This document shows, one piece after another, positions 57,404-64,000 of a stretch of 64,000 nt of DNA (positions within the stretch are counted from its first letter, which is position 1; the number at the start of each line of letters is the position of its first letter). Under the pieces are notes generated by a model. That model made no database searches. It had not been told where the DNA came from and worked only from the letters and a program-made list of their open reading frames with translations. This DNA comes from Thermoproteota archaeon. GTDB taxonomy: Archaea > Korarchaeota > Korarchaeia > Korarchaeales > Korarchaeaceae. Both the position numbers and the translations under genes were made by a program. The stretch spans positions 64,001 to 128,000 of the forward strand of contig JALSOH010000004.1 in NCBI GenBank assembly GCA_026986575.1, written 5' to 3'.

Positions 57404-58786
57404 ATGCCGATGCCTGCAGAGGGCTTGATACCCAATGCTTCAGATCCTATTATCTCTGAGATGCTGAATTATCTGGGCATTAATAAGTTAGAGGATCTGT
57501 TCTCCGATGTTCCCGGCTCCATCTTAATGAACGAGCCTACTGAAATCGGGAAACCTCTAACACAGTCCGAAGTGGAAGCTCTGTACAATGAAAAGCTAGA
57601 GAAGAATGTATCCGTTAAACTGAGCTTCATGGGGGGAGGGTTGGCTGATCACTACGTGCCTCCCCTGGTGGACGAATTAGTGACCAATCAAGAGTTCTAC
57701 TCCTCGTATACACCCTATCAGCCCGAGATATCTCAGGGGATCCTACAGGCACTCTTTGAATACCAGTCGCTCATGGCGGAGCTGCTGGGCATGGATGTGG
57801 TGAATGCCTCCCTTTATGACTACGCCTCCGCATTGGGCGAGGCTGGGAGGTTCTCCGTTAGGGTCACTAAGAGGAAGAAGATTCTGCTGGCGTCGACCAC
57901 CCATCCGGAGAGGAAGGCTGTATTGAAGACCTACATGGAACCCCTCGATGTCCAAATAGTTGAGATCAACCGAGAGGCTGGTGGAGAGATCTCTCTTGAT
58001 GAATTATCGGCTAATATGGATGAGGACGTTGGTATGGTGTATCTGGAGACCCCAAATTTCTTCGGCGTTGTTGAGAGGAAAATTGAGGATGCGGCTGATA
58101 TGGTGCATTCCAAAGAGGCACTTCTCGTCGTTGGAACCGACCCCCTACTGGCTGGTATAGTTAAGCCACCTGGAGAGCTGGGAGCGGACGTAGTGATTGG
58201 GGAAGGACAGCACTTGGGTGGATACATGAGCTATGGAGGTCCATCATTGGGAATATTTGCAGTGAAGAAGAGCTTCAGGCACATCAGACAGCTTCCTGGA
58301 AGGTTGATAGGGATGACCAAAACCGTTGATAAGATGTATCGCGGTTATACTATGGTTCTGCAGACAAGGGAGCAGCATATCAGGCAGGAGGAGGCTACTT
58401 CGAACATAACTACTAACTCTTCGTTGATGGCCGTGAGAGCAGCGATCTACCTAGCATTGCTTGGGCCTGATGGCATCAGGTCCGTCGCCGAGAAAATTCT
58501 ATACAATACAGAGTACCTCAAGAGGAAGCTAGGCTCTCTTCCATGCTTCAACATCCAATTCAAGGGCTCCCTTCATTTCAAGGAGATTCCCGTCGTATCT
58601 GAAGTATCTTGGAGTGAAGTGAACAGCTGGCTGTTGAGGAACGGAATCCTAGGAGCCTTTCAAGTATCCAAGCTGTTCCCGGATGTTGATCCAACTGGAA
58701 AGCTGGGCCTGCTCTCGACAACGGAGAAACACCGGCTTGCTGACTTAGATCTGCTCTTGGGACTGATGAGGGAGGTGTGCTCATGA
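57404..58786 (+). CDS. gcvPA: Glycine dehydrogenase subunit 1
   Basis: YTPYQPEISQG.LQALFEYQS, NASLYD, LQTREQHIR. Confidence 0.96.
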   Translation: MPMPAEGLIPNASDPIISEMLNYLGINKLEDLFSDVPGSILMNEPTEIGKPLTQSEVEALYNEKLEKNVSVKLSFMGGGLADHYVPPLVDELVTNQEFYSSYTPYQPEISQGILQALFEYQSLMAELLGMDVVNASLYDYASALGEAGRFSVRVTKRKKILLASTTHPERKAVLKTYMEPLDVQIVEINREAGGEISLDELSANMDEDVGMVYLETPNFFGVVERKIEDAADMVHSKEALLVVGTDPLLAGIVKPPGELGADVVIGEGQHLGGYMSYGGPSLGIFAVKKSFRHIRQLPGRLIGMTKTVDKMYRGYTMVLQTREQHIRQEEATSNITTNSSLMAVRAAIYLALLGPDGIRSVAEKILYNTEYLKRKLGSLPCFNIQFKGSLHFKEIPVVSEVSWSEVNSWLLRNGILGAFQVSKLFPDVDPTGKLGLLSTTEKHRLADLDLLLGLMREVCS

Positions 58787-60315
58787 ACAGGAGATACGTG
58801 CAGGCCAAGTGGCAACTCAGCGAGGGAGTCCTAGAACCCACCGTCTTCGAGTTAGGGGAAATTGAAAAGGGGGGTGTCGTAGTCGCTAAAGTGGAGGACG
58901 AGCTACGGAGAGAGGTGGGAGAGCTGGAGGATTTGATTCCCCGGGATCTCCAGAGAGGAGCTATAGGATTGCCTGGACTGACCGAGCCGGAGGTGGCCAG
59001 GCACTACAGTCATCTAGCTCAGATGAACTACGGGGTCGACAGCGGCCCTTACTGGTTAGGCTCGTGTACTATGAAGTACACGCCCAAGGTCGTGATGAAG
59101 CTGGAGTCCCATCAATCCCTCAGGAACGCACATCCCTATGCTCCCGAGGAGACTGTTCAGGGAATACTGGAGGTCCTCTACGAGCTTCAGAAGATGCTTT
59201 CCTCAATAACGGGATTGCCCAAGTTCACTCTACAGCCAGCAGCGGGAGCTCACGGTGAGCTAGTCGGGGCCCTGATCATAAGAAAGAGGTTTCTTGACCT
59301 AGGGGAAAGAAGAGATGAGATCCTCATCCCGGAATCTGCTCATGGATCCAACTTCGCCAGTGCAGCGATGGCAGGATTCAAGGTGGTCAGGATTCCGCCC
59401 TCCGAGGAAGGCACCGTGGACATGGGGGCATTGAGAGCGGCTATAAGCGAGAGAACTGCTGGAATGATGATAACCAACCCTAACACACTGGGCATATTCG
59501 AGAGCGATATACTGGAGATAGCAGATCTCCTACACTCCAATGGTAGCTACCTCTACTACGATGGAGCGAACCTGAACGCGATAATGGGGTGGGTACGCTT
59601 ATCAGATATGGGGGTCGATCTAGCCCATCTTAACATACATAAGACCTTCAGCGCGCCTCATGGTGGGGGAGGCCCGGGTGCTGGAGCTGTTGGAGTTATA
59701 GAGGAGCTAGCCGATTATCTCCCCGTCCCCTTGATAGTGAGAGAAGGTGACACCTATCGCCTAGACTACGACCTCCCCAAGAGCATAGGGAGGGTCAGGA
59801 TGTTTCACGGAAATATAGGTGTCCTCGTGAAGGCGTGGGGTTATCTAAAACTGCTAGGAAGCGAGGGTGTGAGGCTCTCATCGGGAATAGCTGTTCTTAA
59901 TGCGAATTACGTCAGGAAGAGGCTCATGGACATGGGGTTTGAGGTTCCTTACGGGAAGGACAGGCCGTGTAAGCACGAGTTCGTTATATCTCTGTCCAAG
60001 TTCAGGAGGGAGTACGGGGTCAGGGCGCTCGACTTCGCCAAGGCGTTGATGGACAGAGGGGTGCATCCACCGACCATGTACTTCCCGCCCATAGTTCAGG
60101 AGGCATTCATGATGGAGCCCACGGAATCGGATAGCTTGGAAGAGCTGGATGCCTACGTGAATGCCATGGGTGAGCTCGCCGATCTGGCTAGGAGGGATCC
60201 AGATGATTTGCTTAGCGCTCCCAAGAACACAGCTATTGGTAGGATCGATGATTCATTCGCAAACAAGAGATTGTGGTTATCTTGGAAGATATATAAGGAG
60301 AGAGAGGACAGCTAA
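58783..60315 (+). CDS. gcvPB: Glycine dehydrogenase subunit 2
   Basis: LGSCTMKY, QPAAGAHGE, HLNIHKTF..PHGGGGPG. Confidence 0.96.
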   Translation: MNRRYVQAKWQLSEGVLEPTVFELGEIEKGGVVVAKVEDELRREVGELEDLIPRDLQRGAIGLPGLTEPEVARHYSHLAQMNYGVDSGPYWLGSCTMKYTPKVVMKLESHQSLRNAHPYAPEETVQGILEVLYELQKMLSSITGLPKFTLQPAAGAHGELVGALIIRKRFLDLGERRDEILIPESAHGSNFASAAMAGFKVVRIPPSEEGTVDMGALRAAISERTAGMMITNPNTLGIFESDILEIADLLHSNGSYLYYDGANLNAIMGWVRLSDMGVDLAHLNIHKTFSAPHGGGGPGAGAVGVIEELADYLPVPLIVREGDTYRLDYDLPKSIGRVRMFHGNIGVLVKAWGYLKLLGSEGVRLSSGIAVLNANYVRKRLMDMGFEVPYGKDRPCKHEFVISLSKFRREYGVRALDFAKALMDRGVHPPTMYFPPIVQEAFMMEPTESDSLEELDAYVNAMGELADLARRDPDDLLSAPKNTAIGRIDDSFANKRLWLSWKIYKEREDS

Positions 60316-61218
60316 TACAACCTCGATCCCGAGAATAACTTTCACCAGCTCGTACTCCCTATTAACCCCTATTTTGATGAGGAACCACGCCAGCGACTTA
60401 TTTGGTGGAGGGATAAGGATCCCATCAGGTTCGACCCTAGCGGGGATCTTCTTCCCTGTTCTCCCCCAGCTTACGAGTTTCAGAAGGAAATCGAATCCGT
60501 GGGGAATGGTCATTATTATTAGGGGCCAATAAATTCCTCTTTGAGCTGAAATGAAGCCTATAAATCCTCCTAAGAGGAATGTCAGGATATTACCCGGAAA
60601 CACTTTGGCGGGATACCAGTTGTAGGGAAGGAAGGCCAGTATAGCGGACAGTGAGATCAGCAGGATGATCCCGTAGGCGTCACCCCTTGCGAGTAATAGA
60701 ATCGATAACGCTAGGTATATTATGAAGGAGGACCCTGCTTCGAGGCCGTTGAATCCAGCCAGAGTGTTGAAGGCGTTGGTCACGTAGATCCCGAATAGGG
60801 TCGCCGCAACTATCTGAAGGAACGGATCTTGGTGGAAGGGTGGGAATGGCTTCAGTGAGCTGTGAAACACGAGAAAGGGTACACCAGATAATACGATCTT
60901 CTCTATATTCCTAAGGCCGATAAAGTCGTCTATAAGTCCCATTGAGGCGGAAAAGACTGCAACAGTAATCAAAGGGTAAGCTTCGATTGAAGGAATTATG
61001 GATGTTGCTGGTAAGACCCCTATTAAGGTGAATGCCGCTGGTAACCCCCCTATCTTGGCTCCCCACTTTTCACGAGGTTTATGGAGATCCCTCGAAACGA
61101 GTTTCCTCCTCCTAGAGATCTTCTCCCAAGTCCCGGTAAGTAGGTAGGTGACTGTGAAGCTTGACAATATCAGACATACGCTGGCGATGATGCTGACGAT
61201 CGGATCGGCTGGAAGCAT
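60277..61218 (-). CDS. GT4 polyprenyl-phosphate HexNAc-1-P transferase (AglH/DPAGT1-like)
   Basis: DLHK, GLIDD, NAFNTLAGFNGLE, YNWYPAKVFPGN. Confidence 0.85.
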   Translation of the reverse strand: MLPADPIVSIIASVCLILSSFTVTYLLTGTWEKISRRRKLVSRDLHKPREKWGAKIGGLPAAFTLIGVLPATSIIPSIEAYPLITVAVFSASMGLIDDFIGLRNIEKIVLSGVPFLVFHSSLKPFPPFHQDPFLQIVAATLFGIYVTNAFNTLAGFNGLEAGSSFIIYLALSILLLARGDAYGIILLISLSAILAFLPYNWYPAKVFPGNILTFLLGGFIGFISAQRGIYWPLIIMTIPHGFDFLLKLVSWGRTGKKIPARVEPDGILIPPPNKSLAWFLIKIGVNREYELVKVILGIEVVLAVLSLLIYLPR

Positions 61219-61255
61219 CTTTTTATCGGTGCTCATCGGTTGGCTAATGATAAAA

Positions 61256-62242
61256 ATGCTTACTTGGATCTCCCTAACAACGCTTGCGATGGTGCTATCC
61301 CTCGTCACGTCCGAGCTGTTTCATCGGACTTTGATACCTAGGCTGGTGAGCAGGGGATATGTTTCCGAAGATGTCCACAAACCGAGTAGGCCTAAGATCC
61401 CGGAGCCAGCGGGACCCGCGGTCTATTTGTCCTTCGCCATATCTATGATGGTTGTATCGCATCTGGCTGGCAGCGTGGCACTTGAAGGAGTTGTCGCCTC
61501 AACCGGGTTGGCCTTCCTCATTGGGCTGCTGGATGATCTGTCCCCTCTAGGTCCCAAGACTAAACCTCTACTCCTGATCGTGCCTGCCCTCCTATTAGCG
61601 GTAAGTGGAGAGATAGTTCCTAGGCCCTACTTGCCCATACTAGGTAGAGCGAGGCTTTACTACATCTACTGGATCGTGCTAGCCATCATGTTCACCGTTT
61701 TCTCCAATGGTGTTAACATGATGGATGCGCTCAACGGGATGATGCCCTCCTCTGTCTTCGCTTCTACCCTGCCCCTATTGCCTGTGCTGATCACACTGGG
61801 CAGCCACACGGGCCTGCTATCGCTCACCACCCTGTATGGATCCCTGATACCCTACTACATAAGGAACAGGTACCCAGCCAAGGCATTTGGTGGCGACTCC
61901 AATTCCCTTTTCGTCGGAGCCGCTCTCGCCTCGGTAGCGGCAATATCCAACACCGAGGCCTTCTTCGCCATATCGCTACTCCCATTCATGGTTTCGGGTT
62001 TCTCCATTCTGGCCTCGATAGGGGGGTTGCTGGAGAGGAGGGATATAAGGGTCCGGCCCGTCATTGTGGAAGGAGGGGTTATAAGAGCAAATCCCAGTAA
62101 AGAGGCACCAATCTCCCTCATAGCCATACTGACGAGTTACGAGGGTAAAGTTGAACCTCGTATAGTTAAGGAGGTCGTCGTGATATCACTGATCTCAGGG
62201 CTGCTTTCATGCTTCACATTCTTCTTCCTCACCCCGAGGTGA
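61256..62242 (+). CDS. GT4 polyprenyl-phosphate HexNAc-1-P transferase paralog
   Basis: DVHK..PE, GLLDD, NGVNMMDALNG, NRYPAKAFGGD. Confidence 0.85.
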   Translation: MLTWISLTTLAMVLSLVTSELFHRTLIPRLVSRGYVSEDVHKPSRPKIPEPAGPAVYLSFAISMMVVSHLAGSVALEGVVASTGLAFLIGLLDDLSPLGPKTKPLLLIVPALLLAVSGEIVPRPYLPILGRARLYYIYWIVLAIMFTVFSNGVNMMDALNGMMPSSVFASTLPLLPVLITLGSHTGLLSLTTLYGSLIPYYIRNRYPAKAFGGDSNSLFVGAALASVAAISNTEAFFAISLLPFMVSGFSILASIGGLLERRDIRVRPVIVEGGVIRANPSKEAPISLIAILTSYEGKVEPRIVKEVVVISLISGLLSCFTFFFLTPR

Positions 62243-62247
62243 GGATC

Positions 62248-62502
62248 GTGGATAAGGGGTTTCTCCTAGCCATCTATAGCGTTGTATCTGGATGGGTACT
62301 CATCTTGATGTCACTATCCTTGATTAAAGTGCTGATCACGACTTTGGGGACTAAGGGGTTCCTCATCGCCCTAACAGAGGCCGTAGTTGGCTTCCTAGCT
62401 CTAGGAGGGGCTCTCTATCTGTGGTATCTCACGCTCAGAGCACTGTTCCTAAAGGTAAAATCAACACTGGAGGAGGGCAATGGTGGGCCCGGGGGGACTT
62501 GA
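62248..62502 (+). CDS. Small 2-TM membrane protein
   Basis: GTG after GAGGTGA RBS, two hydrophobic helices; 3' end overlaps the tRNA-Ile 3' end. Confidence 0.55.
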   Translation: MDKGFLLAIYSVVSGWVLILMSLSLIKVLITTLGTKGFLIALTEAVVGFLALGGALYLWYLTLRALFLKVKSTLEEGNGGPGGT

Positions 62503-62591
62503 ACCCCCGACCTCCCGCTTCTCCTCTGGGGTCCCTGTAGCGGGAGCCGCCATATAAGGCGGGCGCTCTATCCAGTCTGAGCCACGGGCCC
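62481..62591 (-). tRNA. tRNA-Ile(TAT) with a 33-nt intron (about 62521-62553), CCA encoded
   Basis: Body closely matches tRNA-Ile(GAT), A73; 40 nt between the CCCGC/GCGGG stems; spliced loop CTTATAA. Confidence 0.9.
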
Positions 62592-62654
62592 CAGCCCTGA
62601 TCGATAAGGCACTGGACCTATATATAAGGATTAGCTAGGCTTCATAGAGATGGC

Positions 62655-63332
62655 ATGAGTTCGACTACCTCGGAACCCGCCCATAAAGTGTGGATAGAGG
62701 AGCTCAGAGAGGGCAGATTCGAGGATATATCGATCAATCAGGTGCGCTACTTCCGATTATCTTGGGGGAGCGTCTCTAAGGTGAGAGTGATGGGATTGGT
62801 CATCAATTCATGGATGAATGACGATGGCACCTTCGCGTGGATAGAGGTACACGATGGTAGCGGAAGCATTCAAGTTAAGGCTTGGGAGGAGGATATAGAT
62901 AGGATCACAGATCCTGACACTGGTAAGTTGTTGGGAACCGGTTCCTTGGTCGATGTTATAGGCAGGATAAGGAGCTGGAGGGACACCCTCTACCTCTATC
63001 CCATCCTCGTGATCAAGATAAAGGATCCTAATGCCATTTTTCTCAGAGAATTAGAGGTTTTACGGCGGAAATTGAGGTATCAGACTCCCCCTAGAGGCGT
63101 TTCTACGGCGGAAGCCCCTAACTTAAGGACCATAATTAAGCTGCTCAAGGAGATAGGCCCCCTAGATAGTAGGGAGATGGCCGATCTCCTCAAGGTTGAT
63201 GAGAGTCAGCTCATCGTCCAGCTCCATGAGCTGGAGGACTTAGGTTTAATATACAAAGATAACGGAAAATACGTGTACGTTGGATGGGGTGATAAACATG
63301 TCAAGCAAAGAGGAGTACCTAGAGATGCTTAG
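62655..63332 (+). CDS. RPA32/RPA2-like OB-fold plus winged-helix ssDNA-binding protein
   Basis: KVRVMGLV, DGSGSI.V.AW, V.VIGRIR OB fold; C-terminal wHTH (L.ELEDLGLIY). Confidence 0.75.
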   Translation: MSSTTSEPAHKVWIEELREGRFEDISINQVRYFRLSWGSVSKVRVMGLVINSWMNDDGTFAWIEVHDGSGSIQVKAWEEDIDRITDPDTGKLLGTGSLVDVIGRIRSWRDTLYLYPILVIKIKDPNAIFLRELEVLRRKLRYQTPPRGVSTAEAPNLRTIIKLLKEIGPLDSREMADLLKVDESQLIVQLHELEDLGLIYKDNGKYVYVGWGDKHVKQRGVPRDA

Positions 63333-63720
63333 GGAAGCTAGGGAGCAGTTACCTGCCGTCGTGGTTAGCGGGGAGAGGTTCACACCTCCTAAGCCCATAA
63401 TTGCGATAGAAGGCAAGCAAACTCACATAGTCAATTTCAAGGAGATAACCACCGCCTTAAACAGGGATCCCAAGCTCCTAGCTAGATATCTGTCCAAAGA
63501 ATTGGGCTCTCCCTACTTCCTAACCGAGGATGGTAGGAAACTCATACTGAGTAGGAGGATAGATCCCAGACAGGTGGAGAACAGGGTAGAGAGATTCATT
63601 AGAACTTACGTGATATGCCCTCACTGCGGGAGGCCAGACACGGTCATAGTGAAGATCAAGAAGGCTTGGGTCCTCAGGTGCCAGGCTTGCGGTGCGGAGA
63701 CCCCGATACCTAAGATTTGA
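63298..63720 (+). CDS. eif2b: Translation initiation factor aIF-2 beta
   Basis: ERF..P, LNRDP, YVICPHCGRPDT, CQACGA. Confidence 0.94.
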   Translation: MSSKEEYLEMLREAREQLPAVVVSGERFTPPKPIIAIEGKQTHIVNFKEITTALNRDPKLLARYLSKELGSPYFLTEDGRKLILSRRIDPRQVENRVERFIRTYVICPHCGRPDTVIVKIKKAWVLRCQACGAETPIPKI

Positions 63721-63731
63721 GGGGGGATCAT

Positions 63732-64000
63732 TTGCCCAAGAAGAAGGCTGCCAAGAAGAAGAAAGGGAGCGACATCGAGAGATCCTTAGATGCCGAGATG
63801 GAGGAGCTCCTTCCCGTCGAGGAGGAGCTCGAGATCTTCGGTAGGGTACTGGAGCCACTGGGGAAGGGACACTTCAGAGTGGAGTGCGCAGACGGGGCCA
63901 TCAGGGTGTGCAGGGTAAGAGGCAAACTTAGAGGGAGGAGATCTTGGATAAAGAGGGGAGACATCGTACTCGTGTCAATATGGCCCTTCAGGAAGGATAG
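63732..64000 (+). CDS. eif1a: Translation initiation factor aIF-1A (partial, runs off window)
   Basis: TTG start; G.V..PLG..HF.VECADG..R.CRVRGK..WIKRGDIVLV..W. Confidence 0.9.
   Translation, partial: MPKKKAAKKKKGSDIERSLDAEMEELLPVEEELEIFGRVLEPLGKGHFRVECADGAIRVCRVRGKLRGRRSWIKRGDIVLVSIWPFRKD

Noticed and set aside
61148-61308. 160-bp head-to-head coding overlap of the two GT4 genes
   Set aside because: More plausible ATGs at 61218 and 61256 remove the overlap
62515-62560. Alternative splicing of the intron tRNA to give a GAG (Leu) anticodon
   Set aside because: No long variable arm, and the body matches tRNA-Ile(GAT)
1-64000. CRISPR arrays, rRNA genes, IS elements, tandem repeats
   Set aside because: None seen; the recurring GGGGGTTCRAGTCCCCC strings are tRNA T-arms

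Overview
A gene-dense archaeal chromosomal segment of mostly core genes. The taxon is inferred to be a hyperthermophilic Korarchaeota-like organism from GGTGA-type RBSs, TATA boxes, archaeal lipid genes and a tRNA-Ile with a UAU anticodon. It encodes the thermosome, EF-1alpha/S10, the L3-L4-L23-L2-S19 block, aRF1, Rpo7/Spt4/S24e/S27ae, proteasome beta/aCPSF1, tRNA maturation genes (EndA, archease, intein-split RtcB, TsaC, Kae1), glycine cleavage H/P, CdrS-FtsZ and SepF. There are 11 tRNA genes, one with an intron. No rRNA, CRISPR array, IS element or integrase was seen. The most unusual items are: an XPD-like helicase operon with two RadA paralogs (one apparently catalytically dead); an EMC6-like membrane protein fused to a sequon-rich ectodomain; a degenerate GAPDH-like protein behind pgk; a DUF1537 kinase-PdxA2-LarA cassette; a head-to-head pair of GT4 phosphoglycosyl transferases with symmetric overlapping promoters; an AT-rich orphan ORF behind tRNA-Arg; and a tRNA-Gly with C33. 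All family calls come from motif recognition by eye, not database searches, and several start codons were re-chosen from RBS context.
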